Below are positions 53,258 to 63,923 of a stretch of 64,000 bases of DNA, piece after piece (positions within the stretch are counted from its first letter, which is position 1; each line of letters begins with the position of its first letter). The stretch is from positions 78,282 through 142,281 of the forward strand of contig SCUM01000001.1 in assembly GCA_004297215.1 (NCBI GenBank). Direction: 5' to 3'. The stretch comes from Patescibacteria group bacterium. GTDB taxonomy: Bacteria; Patescibacteriota; Patescibacteriia; UBA9934; GWF2-40-263. The translations under genes and the position numbers were made by a program. The notes beneath the pieces were generated by a model. The model searched no databases and was not told the origin of the DNA. It saw only the letters and a list, made by a program, of their open reading frames with translations.

Positions 53258-53261
53258 TATG

Positions 53262-53391
53262 CCCAGTACTACAACAAGGACATTTTTATCGGTTGACTCC
53301 GTTAGAATTCCTTCAGGTCGAGAGCATCTTTCATTCCAGACGATCGTCCAGGATGCCTTCCTGACGAAGACGTCCTTGTTGTAGTACTGGG
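53262..53391. repeat. Inverted-repeat element between gatC and gatA (20-nt perfect TIRs)
   Basis: cccagtactacaacaaggac ... gtccttgttgtagtactggg flank about 90 nt. The interior resembles the MITE family (ccagacgatcgtccaggatgccttcctgacgaag). Confidence 0.65.
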
Positions 53392-53392
53392 T

Positions 53393-54847
53393 ATGGACCT
53401 CACGTCAGTGACCATCCGGGAGGTCGGGAAGCGGCTCGCCGCGCGGGAGATCTCGAGCGAGGATTTGGTGCGCGCATGCCTCTCCCGCGTCGAAGCGGCG
53501 AATGGCAAGCTGAACGCGCTGCTCGACGTGGACGAGAACGGCGCATTTGCTGCCGCAAGGATCGCGGACAAGGCCCGCAAGTCCGGTGACGACCCAGGGG
53601 CGCTCGCCGGCATCCCGATCGCGATCAAGGACAACGTCTGCGTGACCGGCTGGACCGCCTCGGCCGGTTCGCGCATCCTTGAGCCGCATCGCGCCGCGTA
53701 CGACGCGACGGTCATCACGCGCCTTAGGGCCGCCGGAGCGGTGCTCATCGGTCGCGCGAACATGGACGAGTTCGCGATGGGTTCTTCTACCGAATCGTCG
53801 CACTATGGCCCGACGAAGAACCCGTGGGACGCGTCACGGGTCCCGGGCGGCTCGTCCGGCGGCTCCGCCGCGGCCGTCGCCTCCGGCATGGCGCTTGCCG
53901 CGCTGGGCTCCGACACGGGCGGCTCGGTGCGCCAGCCCGCGTCGCTGTGCGGCGTGACCGGCCTCAAGCCCACGTACGGGCGCGTGTCGCGCTACGGCCT
54001 CATCGCGCTCGCGTCGAGCCTGGACCAGATCGGGCCGCTCACGCGCAGCGTGGAGGACGCCGCGATCGTCATGCGGGCCATGGAAGGGGAGGACGACCTG
54101 GATTCGACGAGCGTCGGCCCGCTCGAGACGTATGTGCCCGAGCTCGACCAGCCTTCGGTCGCGGGGCTGCGCATCGGCATCCCCAAGGAGTATTTCCTTG
54201 AGGGGATGGACGAGCGCGTGAAGGCGTCGGTGATGGAGGCCGTGGCCGAGCTGAAGAGCCAAGGCGCGACGGTGCACGAAGTGTCGCTTCCTCATGCGGA
54301 ATATGCCCTCGCCACCTATTACCTCGTGATGCCGGCCGAAGCGAGCTCAAACCTCGCGCGGTTCGACGGCATCCGCTACGGCTACAGCGCGAGCGCCGAC
54401 AGCCTCAAGGAAACCTACGAGCGCAGCCGCGGCGAGGGATTCGGCGCCGAGGCGAAGCGCCGCATCATGCTGGGAACCTACGTGCTGTCAAAGGGCTATG
54501 CCGACGCGTACTACCGCCAGGCGCTCAAGGCACGCACGCTCATCCGCCGCGATTTCGACGAGGCGTTCAAGGAGGTGGACCTGATCGCGACACCCACGAG
54601 TCCCACCACGGCCTGGAAGTTGGGCGAGAAGTTCGCGGACCCGCTCACCATGTACCTCTCCGACATCTACACCGTCTCCGCCAACATCGCCGGGATCCCA
54701 GCGATGTCGCTCCCGTGCGGGTTCGCCGACGGGCTCCCGATCGGCTTGCAGCTCATGGCCCGCCCGTTCGACGAGGCCACGCTCTATCGCGCCGGCATCG
54801 CGTATCAAGGTGTAACTGATTGGCATCGCCGAACACCAAATCTGTAA
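53393..54847 (+). CDS. gatA: Glutamyl/aspartyl-tRNA amidotransferase subunit A
   Basis: Amidase signature GGSSGGSAAAVA...GSDTGGSVRQPA. 484 aa. Confidence 0.95.
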   Translation: MDLTSVTIREVGKRLAAREISSEDLVRACLSRVEAANGKLNALLDVDENGAFAAARIADKARKSGDDPGALAGIPIAIKDNVCVTGWTASAGSRILEPHRAAYDATVITRLRAAGAVLIGRANMDEFAMGSSTESSHYGPTKNPWDASRVPGGSSGGSAAAVASGMALAALGSDTGGSVRQPASLCGVTGLKPTYGRVSRYGLIALASSLDQIGPLTRSVEDAAIVMRAMEGEDDLDSTSVGPLETYVPELDQPSVAGLRIGIPKEYFLEGMDERVKASVMEAVAELKSQGATVHEVSLPHAEYALATYYLVMPAEASSNLARFDGIRYGYSASADSLKETYERSRGEGFGAEAKRRIMLGTYVLSKGYADAYYRQALKARTLIRRDFDEAFKEVDLIATPTSPTTAWKLGEKFADPLTMYLSDIYTVSANIAGIPAMSLPCGFADGLPIGLQLMARPFDEATLYRAGIAYQGVTDWHRRTPNL

Positions 54848-54850
54848 ATT

Positions 54851-54942
54851 TGTCTTTGCGAGGAGCGTGCCGTCCAGGCGACGAAGCAATCTCCCATCTC
54901 GCGTGAGGTTGCTTCGTCGGCTGAGGCCTCCTCGCAAAGACA
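54851..54942. repeat. Structured inverted-repeat element between gatA and lgt
   Basis: tgtctttgcgaggag ... ctcctcgcaaagaca are the outer arms. The inner arms are cgacgaagcaa / ttgcttcgtcg. Shares cttcgtcggctgaggcctcct with 5305-5326. Confidence 0.6.
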
Positions 54943-54957
54943 GAGTCAAAGAGATCT

Positions 54958-55707
54958 GTGATCCCATACATCCAATTCGTCTCGTTCCAGCTCGGTCCCC
55001 TCACCATCTATGTCTGGGGGTTGATGGTGGCGCTCGGCATCCTCGCCGGTACGTGGCTTGCCGCACGTCTCGCTCGCGAGCGGGGATTGAACCCGCAGGT
55101 GATGTGGGACCTGGCGTTCTGGGGGACGCTCGGCGGATTCGTCGGTGCGCGTCTCGCGCATGTCGCCTTTTATGCGCCCGAGACGTATCTCGCCGATCCG
55201 TGGCGGATCTTGGCGATCCGTGACGGCGGGTACTCGAGCGCGGGCGCGATCATCGGCGGCATCCTGTGCGGCGTGCTGTACCTGAAATGGAAGAAGCTGT
55301 CCGTCGCCGCGTACGCCGACGTCGGCGCGTTCGGGGCCCCGCTTGGCTACGCCATCGGCCGCGTCGGCTGTTTCCTCATCCACGACCACCCGGGGACGCT
55401 GACCAGCTTCGTCCTGGGCGTGAAGTATCCCGACGGGGTGCGCCACGACCTCGGGCTCTACGAGGCGTTGAGCGGATTCGCCCTCACCCTCCTGTTCGTC
55501 GTGCTCTGGAAGCGCAAGGCTCCGGCCGGGTCGTACGCGCCGCTGTTCCTCATCTGGTACGGCGCCTCCCGTTTCTTCCTCGACTTCCTGCGAGCGACCG
55601 ACGGCGCCATCGTGGACGCACGCTACGGCAACCTCACCCCGGCGCAGTGGCTGGGCGCGGCCCTGTTCGTGTGGGGGCTGTGGCTGTATCGTCGCAGGGT
55701 CGTCTGA
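54958..55707 (+). CDS. lgt: Prolipoprotein diacylglyceryl transferase
   Basis: Signature GYSSAGAIIGG...GRVGCFL...HPGTL. GTG start. Confidence 0.9.
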   Translation: MIPYIQFVSFQLGPLTIYVWGLMVALGILAGTWLAARLARERGLNPQVMWDLAFWGTLGGFVGARLAHVAFYAPETYLADPWRILAIRDGGYSSAGAIIGGILCGVLYLKWKKLSVAAYADVGAFGAPLGYAIGRVGCFLIHDHPGTLTSFVLGVKYPDGVRHDLGLYEALSGFALTLLFVVLWKRKAPAGSYAPLFLIWYGASRFFLDFLRATDGAIVDARYGNLTPAQWLGAALFVWGLWLYRRRVV

Positions 55708-55737
55708 AGCCGTGCTCATACCCCTAACCTCAAACCT

Positions 55738-56121
55738 ATGGAATTCGCCTACACGGTCTCGACCCCGAAAACGTTCGACGAAGCCGTCTCAAGCGTCCAG
55801 GACGAGATTGCCAAGGCGGGCATGCGCGTCTTGTACGTGCACGACGTGCAAAAATCGCTCGGCGAAAAAGGGTTCGAGCGCGGGCCGTTCAAGATCATCG
55901 AGTTTTGCAACGCCAAGTTCGCCCATGCGTTCCTGGAGATCGACGTCGACATCGGGCTTTGCCTGCCCTGCAAGGTCAACGTGTACGTGAAGGACGGCCA
56001 GACCGTCATTTCCGCCATGCGGCCGATCGTCCTCACGCGATTCTTCCCGCAGGCGGACCTGGGCGAGAGACCCGGGGAAATCGACGCGACGGTGACGTCC
56101 GTGGTCGACCGCGCGAGATAA
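55738..56121 (+). CDS. DUF302 domain protein
   Basis: EFCNAKFAHAFLEIDVDIGLCLPCKVNVY, typical of DUF302. Confidence 0.75.
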   Translation: MEFAYTVSTPKTFDEAVSSVQDEIAKAGMRVLYVHDVQKSLGEKGFERGPFKIIEFCNAKFAHAFLEIDVDIGLCLPCKVNVYVKDGQTVISAMRPIVLTRFFPQADLGERPGEIDATVTSVVDRAR

Positions 56122-56146
56122 GCCTCCCATGCGAACCCTCCCAAGC

Positions 56147-56174
56147 AAAAAGCTCCCAGTCCTGGGAGCTTTTT
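56147..56174. terminator. Bidirectional terminator hairpin
   Basis: aaaagctcccag-tc-ctgggagctttt, between the DUF302 gene and the tRNA-Ser 3' end. Confidence 0.7.
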
Positions 56175-56261
56175 GGCGGAGAGGGAGGGATTCGAACCCT
56201 CGAACCCTTGCGGGTTGCACGCTTTCCAAGCGTGTGCACTAGACCGCTATGCGACCTCTCC
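56175..56261 (-). tRNA. tRNA-Ser (anticodon GGA), class II with long variable arm, CCA encoded
   Basis: Reverse complement reads GGAGAGG-TCGCATAGCGGTCTAGTGCA-CACGC-TTGGAAA-GCGTG-CAACCCGCAAGGGTTCGAG-GGTTCGAATCCCTC-CCTCTCC-G-CCA. Confidence 0.8.
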
Positions 56262-56315
56262 GTGTTCCGTGGGTGGCGGCAATATACCTGACGCAGCCTG
56301 ACGAATCAAGGAATA

Positions 56316-56344
56316 AAAAAGGACGCCCTGCGTGGGGCGTCCGG
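56316..56344 (-). terminator. Rho-independent terminator for the minus-strand paralog pair
   Basis: Minus strand reads ggacgccccacgcagggcgtcc-ttttttatt. Confidence 0.7.
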
Positions 56345-56346
56345 CG

Positions 56347-56793
56347 TCACTTGTTTGGGAGCCTTCGGGACGGCTCGGGGAAGTGCATGCGGATCGTCGA
56401 GAGCAGCTCGTCCTTGAGGAACGCCTTGATCTCCTCGGGCGTCTTTTTGGCAAACCACTTGCTTTCCCAGCTTACCGCCTCGCCCCGGCGGGTGATGACG
56501 CCGCTTGCGTACACCTGGGGCTTGAATTGCTGGCACAGTTCGGAATTCCGCGCCTTTGCCATGGCCCAGCGCTTCTTCGCGTCCTCCTTGCTCCCGCCGG
56601 AGAGCACATGATGCATGAGGAACAAATCGAGGTGGTTGCCCACGTCCCCCACGATGAGGATCGACTGCGTCCCTTCCACGGCGGCGCGCAGGAGGATCCA
56701 GGAGAAGGCGTTGTCCGCGGCTTCGTACGGCTTGGGGTCGCCGATCTCGAGCAGTTCGCTCATCCGTCGCAGATGAATCGGGCTCGTATGCAT
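56347..56793 (-). CDS. Hypothetical protein, paralog B of a tandem pair (148 aa)
   Basis: RBS AGGAGGG before the ATG. Shares NA..W.LL...ILIVGDV..H..LF and ...W(E)..(F)..KTPEE...L with the upstream paralog. Confidence 0.5.
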   Translation of the reverse strand: MHTSPIHLRRMSELLEIGDPKPYEAADNAFSWILLRAAVEGTQSILIVGDVGNHLDLFLMHHVLSGGSKEDAKKRWAMAKARNSELCQQFKPQVYASGVITRRGEAVSWESKWFAKKTPEEIKAFLKDELLSTIRMHFPEPSRRLPNK

Positions 56794-56803
56794 ATGCCCT
56801 CCT

Positions 56804-57253
56804 TCATGACAGGGTGATGTCGGCGTCATCGGGCATCGGCCGCCCAAGAAACGCCCAGTTGACGACGAGCGGCAGCTTGGCCGTGAGGATCCGCTGCCAC
56901 TCCTCCGGCGTCTTGACGTCGAAGTAGAGCGTTTCCCAGCCGAGGGGTTTGCCGTCGAGCCCGATGATGCCGCCGGCGGCCACGCGCTCACGCCAGATCG
57001 CCCGGAGCTCGTCCTTGCACGCGCGGATCTCCTTGTACCGCTCGCGCGGCGTTTCGGGACGCTCCTCTAGGAGCACCCACAGGTGAAAGAGCGTCTCGTG
57101 GGGATTCACGTCGCCGATCACGAGGACCGGCTCCCGATTCTCCTCTTTGAACAAGAGCCAGTTGGCGTTGCCTGCCGGGGCCTTGAAGACCTCGGCGTCC
57201 TCGATCTGGAGCAGGTCCGGAAGGTCCTGCGTCCGTATGGCGATGACCCGCAT
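56804..57253 (-). CDS. Hypothetical protein, paralog A of a tandem pair (149 aa)
   Basis: MRVIAIRTQDLPDLLQIEDAEVF...NANWLLF...VLVIGDVNPHETLFHLW...KTPEEWQRIL. Family not recognised. Confidence 0.5.
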   Translation of the reverse strand: MRVIAIRTQDLPDLLQIEDAEVFKAPAGNANWLLFKEENREPVLVIGDVNPHETLFHLWVLLEERPETPRERYKEIRACKDELRAIWRERVAAGGIIGLDGKPLGWETLYFDVKTPEEWQRILTAKLPLVVNWAFLGRPMPDDADITLS

Positions 57254-57339
57254 CGGTTCCCTTTCTTCCTGCGCCTTGCAGGACGGGGCATCATGGCAGG
57301 AATCGCGGTTTCGGTCAACCTTTGGTATCCTGCCCGCGT

Positions 57340-57714
57340 ATGGACCGATTCTTCCCAGGGCCGCTTTCCGACCGCGCGCGCAACACCATGCGGCGCTCCG
57401 GCTATGCCGAGCAGAGGGCCGACGGCAATGAGATCGCGTTTACGCGGCGCCTCCAAGGGACGCCGTTCCCGCGTCTGCACGCGTACGTGGAGGAGCAGGG
57501 CGGCGGGGCGCGCGTGAGCCTTCACATCGACCAGAAGCAGCCGAGCTACGAAGGGAGCCGCGCGCACGGCGGCGAATACTCGGGCCCGCTCGTCGAGCGC
57601 GAGATGGAACGCATCGCCTCGTTTTTCCGACCGGTTCCGACGCGTCCCGTCGCGTCTCATCCCGTAGACGACGAACCGAAGGGCGGCTTCTTTTCGCGCC
57701 TGTTCGGCGGCTAG
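57340..57714 (+). CDS. Hypothetical protein (124 aa)
   Basis: High GC3 in this frame. No recognisable family. Confidence 0.4.
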   Translation: MDRFFPGPLSDRARNTMRRSGYAEQRADGNEIAFTRRLQGTPFPRLHAYVEEQGGGARVSLHIDQKQPSYEGSRAHGGEYSGPLVEREMERIASFFRPVPTRPVASHPVDDEPKGGFFSRLFGG

Positions 57715-57747
57715 CCCCTGGTGCGCGGAAGGTGCTAGGGTGTCGAC

Positions 57748-59583
57748 ATGGACCCCAAAGAGGAGATCAAACAGAAGACCGACATCGCGGAGCTGATCGG
57801 CGGCTATTTGACGCTCAAGCCGTCGGGCATGGCGAGCTTCAAGGGGCTCTGCCCGTTCCATGCCGAGAAGTCGCCTTCGTTCCACGTTTCGACGGACAAG
57901 CAGATTTTCCATTGCTTCGGCTGCTCGGAAGGGGGCGACTGCTTCTCGTTCGTGATGAAGATGGAGGGGATGGAGTTCCCGGAGGCGCTCAAGTTCCTGG
58001 GCGACAAGGTCGGAGTGGAGGTGAAGCGCTACGACTCGACGGAAGGGAACGAGCGCGCGCGGCTCGTGGCCGTGAACGAGCTTGCGGCGAAGTTCTATCG
58101 GAAGGTGCTCATGGATTCTCCGGCCGCGGAACAGGCCCGGGCCTACGTGGCTGGGCGCGGAATCGGCGCGGAACTCGCCGAGAAGTTCGGGCTCGGCTAC
58201 GCGCCGGACGCCTGGGACACGCTGTCGTCGTTCCTGCAAAAGAAAGGATATCGGGACGGGGACGGGGAAAAGGCCGGACTGACGCAACGGCGGAAGTCGG
58301 GCGTCGGCCACATCGACCGGTTCCGCCATCGCCTGATGATCCCGCTGTGCGACCAGCACGGCGCCGTCGTCGGCTTCACCGGCCGCATCATCCCTACCCC
58401 CTACCTGCCCACCGAAGCTTCAGCGAAGGTGGGCCCCCTCCCCCCTCCCCCCTCCGACGGCCCAAAATACATGAACTCGCCGGAGACGGCGGTGTATCAC
58501 AAGGGGAGCCTCCTGTACGGCCTCCATCTTGCCAAGCAGGCCATCAAGCGCGCCGGGAGCGTGGTGATCGTGGAAGGGAATCTCGACGTGATCGCCTCGC
58601 ACAAGGCCGGCGTCGAGAACGTCGTCGGCAGTTCGGGGACCGCGCTCACCGAGGAACAGCTCGCGCTCCTCAAGCGGTTCACGGGGACGATCGCGTTCTC
58701 GTTCGACCGCGACGCGGCCGGGTTCAAGGCGGCGCAGAAGGGGATCGCGCTCGCGCGCGCGATGGGGTTTGACGTGCGCGCGACGGTGCTTCCGCAAGAG
58801 GCCGGCAAGGACCCGGACGAGGCGGTGCAGAAGGATCCGGCGCTCTGGCGTGAAGCGGCGGGCCGGTCGGTGCCGATCATGCAGTTCATGATCGAGCGAG
58901 CGGTGCTCGGGCGGGACTTGAGCGACGTGGATGACAAGCGCGCCGTGTCCGCGCTCATCCTGCCGGAGCTGCGGCTCGTCACCGACGTGGTGGAGCGGGA
59001 ACATTGGCTGCAGACCGTGGCGGACCTGCTTCGGACCGACATCGGGGCGCTGCGATCGGCCATCGGACCCGCGACGCGGACCGCCCCTGCCCCCGCCCGC
59101 GACCTCCCGCCGACCTCTTCGCGCAGCTCCAAGCAAGACGCGTCGGCTCGCGCCCTGGTCGGCCTGGCCATCCAAAGCCCGTCCTGGTTCGACCGCGTCG
59201 CGAAAACGCTCGGCAGCCTGCCGCTGCCGGAGCCTTGGGCCACGCTTTACAGCCTTGTCAAGGACCAGTATCATCTCCCCCAGACAGACCTCCCGGGCCA
59301 AACGGGTCCTTACGGCCGATTACGTTCAGCCATCGAAGCGCATGCGAGCCAGGCGGACTTGGTCCCCCTGCTCGACACCGCCGCGCTCGACGCCGAACGG
59401 CTCCTCGCGGGCGTGGCCGAGAAGGATCTCCCGGGACAGGTCACCGAATTGGTCCACATCCTCGTCGCAGCCGATGCCAAGCGCCGGCGCGAAGCGATCG
59501 AGGCGGACATCCGTCGCGCCGAGCGCGACGGCGACCGCGAGGCGGTCGAGCGTCTAATCAAGGAACTCACATCGCTGCGCTGA
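57748..59583 (+). CDS. dnaG: DNA primase
   Basis: Zinc-binding domain ([13 protein letters not shown]...[10 protein letters not shown]), TOPRIM ([17 protein letters not shown]). Contains a low-complexity in-frame insertion ([25 protein letters not shown]) carrying the CTACCCCCTACC motif. Confidence 0.95.
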   Translation: MDPKEEIKQKTDIAELIGGYLTLKPSGMASFKGLCPFHAEKSPSFHVSTDKQIFHCFGCSEGGDCFSFVMKMEGMEFPEALKFLGDKVGVEVKRYDSTEGNERARLVAVNELAAKFYRKVLMDSPAAEQARAYVAGRGIGAELAEKFGLGYAPDAWDTLSSFLQKKGYRDGDGEKAGLTQRRKSGVGHIDRFRHRLMIPLCDQHGAVVGFTGRIIPTPYLPTEASAKVGPLPPPPSDGPKYMNSPETAVYHKGSLLYGLHLAKQAIKRAGSVVIVEGNLDVIASHKAGVENVVGSSGTALTEEQLALLKRFTGTIAFSFDRDAAGFKAAQKGIALARAMGFDVRATVLPQEAGKDPDEAVQKDPALWREAAGRSVPIMQFMIERAVLGRDLSDVDDKRAVSALILPELRLVTDVVEREHWLQTVADLLRTDIGALRSAIGPATRTAPAPARDLPPTSSRSSKQDASARALVGLAIQSPSWFDRVAKTLGSLPLPEPWATLYSLVKDQYHLPQTDLPGQTGPYGRLRSAIEAHASQADLVPLLDTAALDAERLLAGVAEKDLPGQVTELVHILVAADAKRRREAIEADIRRAERDGDREAVERLIKELTSLR

Positions 59584-59624
59584 TCCCGACGCCACGCCGG
59601 GGCAGGGCGGCACCTTCCTTTTCT

Positions 59625-60905
<1,281 letters not shown>

Positions 60906-60977
60906 GAAAAAACGGGGTGCAACCTTGCGCCCCGTTTTGGTATATACTCTTGAAAGGTCGATTGATTTCCACACCCT

Positions 60978-61613
60978 ATGAACGAAGAGGAGGTGATCGT
61001 CCAGGCAAAGACGGACCCCGAAGCGTTCGGCCGGTTGTACGACGCGTACTACCAGCCGATCTTCGGCTTTCTCTACAAGCGCACGGGCAACGCCGAAGCG
61101 GCCAAGGACCTCGCGAGCGAGACGTTTTTCCAGGCGCTCAAGAACATCCGGCGCTACGAGCTGCGTGGGAAGCCGTTCAAGAGCTGGCTGTTCGCCATCG
61201 CGGCGGCGCAGGCCGGCACCTACTTCCGCGGCAAGGCGCGGGCGTTCCCGGTCACGAGCGAGGAATGCCCCGAGGTGGCGGCAAGCGATCTGTATCGGCC
61301 CGACGTGAGCGCGGTGGTCGACGAGGATGTCGTGGATCTCAAGCGTCAGGCCGGGGTCGTACGGCGTCTGCTCACCAAGCTCAACCAAAAGCAGCAGACC
61401 ATCCTCAACCTGCGCTTCTTCAGCGGCCAGACCGTTCCCGAGATTTCCGCCACGCTCGGCATGAAGGAGGGCACCATCAAGTCCCACATCCATCGCGCGC
61501 TCAATAAGCTGCGCGGACTCGTCGTCGCCGAGGAAAAGCGCACGCAACCCGACACCTATGTCCGCCAAGGAAACGCTCACGCTCGAGCGACTGCTCACCC
61601 GCATCGGGTCTGA
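60978..61613 (+). CDS. ECF-family RNA polymerase sigma factor
   Basis: Region 2 (DLASETFFQALKNIRRY), region 4 (ILNLRFFSGQTVPEISATLGMKEGTIKSHIHRALNKLR). Confidence 0.8.
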   Translation: MNEEEVIVQAKTDPEAFGRLYDAYYQPIFGFLYKRTGNAEAAKDLASETFFQALKNIRRYELRGKPFKSWLFAIAAAQAGTYFRGKARAFPVTSEECPEVAASDLYRPDVSAVVDEDVVDLKRQAGVVRRLLTKLNQKQQTILNLRFFSGQTVPEISATLGMKEGTIKSHIHRALNKLRGLVVAEEKRTQPDTYVRQGNAHARATAHPHRV

Positions 61614-61917
61614 ACCGGTCCCGGCCGACCCCAGGCATTTCTATGCCTTGCGCCGGGCCCTGTTGAACTCGCCCTACTTCGAGCGCCATCGCACGGCCGA
61701 GACGGTCGCCCTGTGGGTCGAGACGGCCCGCATCGTGTTCGCCGGCGGGATGGTGACCGTGGCGTTCGTGCTGGTCGTGCGACAAGCCGTGATCCGGCAG
61801 CCGGTCGTCGTCATGGGTCCCGAAGCGCCGGTACAGGTCGCAGAAGCCGTGCAGTGGCAGATTCCGGACAGCGTGTCCTCGATCACGAGTCGCATCACCC
61901 TTTCGGCCGCGCGTTGA
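61558..61917 (+). CDS. Putative anti-sigma factor / small membrane protein
   Basis: Overlaps the ECF sigma 3' end by 56 nt in another frame. Single TM (IVFAGGMVTVAFVLVV). Boundaries uncertain. Confidence 0.35.
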   Translation: MSAKETLTLERLLTRIGSEPVPADPRHFYALRRALLNSPYFERHRTAETVALWVETARIVFAGGMVTVAFVLVVRQAVIRQPVVVMGPEAPVQVAEAVQWQIPDSVSSITSRITLSAAR

Positions 61918-61929
61918 GCCTGGAAACAC

Positions 61930-61958
61930 AAAACCCGAGGGATCCTCGGGTGTTTTGA
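61930..61958 (+). terminator. Rho-independent terminator
   Basis: aaaacccgagg-gatc-ctcgggtgtttt. Confidence 0.7.
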
Positions 61959-62157
61959 TACTCCGCGGCGTACGGAATTGGCTATCTGACAGTGGAACTT
62001 GCGTTCCTAGGCTCTCATGCCGCGACCACGGTCGCGGCGGTTCCGAGCCAGCCAATTCTTTTGGCCAATACGTATCGCAGCGGAGTGCTTCAAGCGTACC
62101 AGACCGTTGACCGGACGCAAGGGGGAGGCTAGGGTATAGCCTCGATCCTTTCAGGGG

Positions 62158-63129
62158 GTGTCCATGGTGAATAGGAAGCGGCCGTCGCATGACGACGGCA
62201 CCGGCGCGCTTTACCGGGAGATCTTGCGCCTGCCGCTGCTCACGCGGCAGCAGGAGCAGGCGCTCGGCGCGGCCGTGACCCTGCGGCGAAAGGCGCTCGC
62301 GTACGCGGCCGCGCTCGCGGACCCGAATTCCGTGCAGGAGCCGGAGGCGCGCGCGCGGCTCGTCGAGGAGGCACGGGGCGTTCCGGTCGAGCGGTGGATG
62401 CGCGAGGGCGACCGGGCCGTGCGCGTGCTGACGGAACGCAACGTCCGTCTGGTCTTCTCCATGGCGCGCCGAGCCCTGCGGTTGCCGGGCGTGGAGGTGG
62501 TGGACCTGGTGCAGGAGGGGATGCTCGGCCTCATCCGCGCGGCCGAGCGTTTCGACCCCGACATGGGGACGAGGTTCTCCACCTATGCCGTATGGTGGAT
62601 CCGCCAGGCGATGCAGCGCGGCTGCGGGTCCGTGGATGGCGCCGCCACGCTGCCGCCGAACGTGCAGCAGCGGTACGTGACCTACGCGCAGGCGCACGCG
62701 TACCTCACGCGCCGGCTCAAGAGGCGCGTGTCCGTGGAGGAGACGTGCGCCTGGCTGGGCTGGAACGCCAAGGTCGGGCATGACCTGCTCGTCCACGTGC
62801 GCAGGGCGGTCCCGCTCGAGGCCCAGGACGTCCTCGAGGACGGCGCCTCGCGCGAGATCGTGGGCGACGACGCCCCCGGTCCGGAGGACCTTGCCGGGTT
62901 CCTCCAGGCCCGCATGCGCTTGCGCTGCATGCTCGCGCAGCTCAAGCCAAGGGAACGCGACATCCTCGAGCGCCGCTTCGCGCTCGACGGCGGGGAACCC
63001 GAATCCCTTCAGTCCATCGCCGACGACTGGGGGCTTTCCCGAGAGCGCATCCGCCAGATCGAGGAAAAGCTCGTGCGGCGGCTGCGCGACGTGCAGGAGA
63101 CCGCCGAGATCCGCTTCACGCGGCCGTGA
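62158..63129 (+). CDS. Sigma-70 family alternative sigma factor (group 3-like)
   Basis: Region 2 (FSTYAVWWIRQAMQRG), region 4.2 ([28 protein letters not shown]). 323 aa. Confidence 0.8.
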   Translation: MSMVNRKRPSHDDGTGALYREILRLPLLTRQQEQALGAAVTLRRKALAYAAALADPNSVQEPEARARLVEEARGVPVERWMREGDRAVRVLTERNVRLVFSMARRALRLPGVEVVDLVQEGMLGLIRAAERFDPDMGTRFSTYAVWWIRQAMQRGCGSVDGAATLPPNVQQRYVTYAQAHAYLTRRLKRRVSVEETCAWLGWNAKVGHDLLVHVRRAVPLEAQDVLEDGASREIVGDDAPGPEDLAGFLQARMRLRCMLAQLKPRERDILERRFALDGGEPESLQSIADDWGLSRERIRQIEEKLVRRLRDVQETAEIRFTRP

Positions 63130-63134
63130 ACACG

Positions 63135-63160
63135 GCCGTCTTTTTTATGAAAAAACGACG
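63135..63160. terminator. Bidirectional terminator between convergent genes
   Basis: ccgtcttttttatgaaaaaacgacgg is a perfect palindrome, followed by a second hairpin cgacgg-ggtttacg-ccgtcg. Confidence 0.7.
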
Positions 63161-63164
63161 GGGT

Positions 63165-63923
63165 TTACGCCGTCGTCGAGGAGAGCCGCGCATTGAGCGC
63201 GCCGCGGGTGTAGTCGAGCATGTTGAGGAACGGGCTCGCGCTGTCGTAGAGCCGGCGCTGCTGCTTCACGACCTGGTCGATCGCGGCCCTCAGCTCATGG
63301 CGGGCGAGATGCGATTCGCGCAGCACCTTGCACAGCACTTCGGCGCCGGCCTCGGTTGCCGTCACCTGGTGCGGGCGGAACTGCCGCATCTCCTCGTAGA
63401 TGGCCGCGCGCCGCTGCGACGGGGTCATTCCAGGCATCCCTTGTAGCTGTCCCACCGCGTTTCGCATGAAGCGTTCCGACTCCTGTTCGATCGCCGGGTT
63501 GCTTGCCCCGCCGCCCTTGGCGTGGAGCATGGCGACCGACGCGCACAGCCTGTCCAGGCGCTCGAGCACGGCCAGGAAGAGCTGTTTCTTGGGCGCCGTG
63601 GACGGCCGGACCACCTCCTCGAATCGCACCGTGTCGAGCCACTTCTTGCGCGCGATGCGCTTGAGGACGTCGCGCACCTGCTCCTCCTCGTCGATGGCGA
63701 GGTCCGACGCGCGCACCACCTGCAGGAGCATCACGGCGATCGCCTCGTAGCGCCGCGCCGCGTACGCCTTGGTGGACGCCTGCGACGCCTCGGCGTTGTC
63801 CTGGACCCTCCGGCAGGTCTCAAGCGTCCCGAGGATGACGCTCAACAGGCGCGCGCGGCGCCGCGGATCCGTCACCTCGTTCACGATCGCGGAAGCGCCG
63901 ACGGGCTTTTCCGTCTGTCCCAT
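63165..63923 (-). CDS. Hypothetical protein (252 aa)
   Basis: Coding-like GC3. Predicted alpha-helical. No family recognised. Confidence 0.45.
   Translation of the reverse strand: MGQTEKPVGASAIVNEVTDPRRRARLLSVILGTLETCRRVQDNAEASQASTKAYAARRYEAIAVMLLQVVRASDLAIDEEEQVRDVLKRIARKKWLDTVRFEEVVRPSTAPKKQLFLAVLERLDRLCASVAMLHAKGGGASNPAIEQESERFMRNAVGQLQGMPGMTPSQRRAAIYEEMRQFRPHQVTATEAGAEVLCKVLRESHLARHELRAAIDQVVKQQRRLYDSASPFLNMLDYTRGALNARLSSTTA

Noticed and set aside
56804-57253. Interpretation of the tandem paralogs as 2H phosphoesterases or metallophosphatases (HETL, GDV..H motifs)
   Set aside because: The second H-x-T/S-x motif has Trp instead of His in both paralogs, and the GDxHG motif is incomplete. 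Motif matches are too weak to assign.
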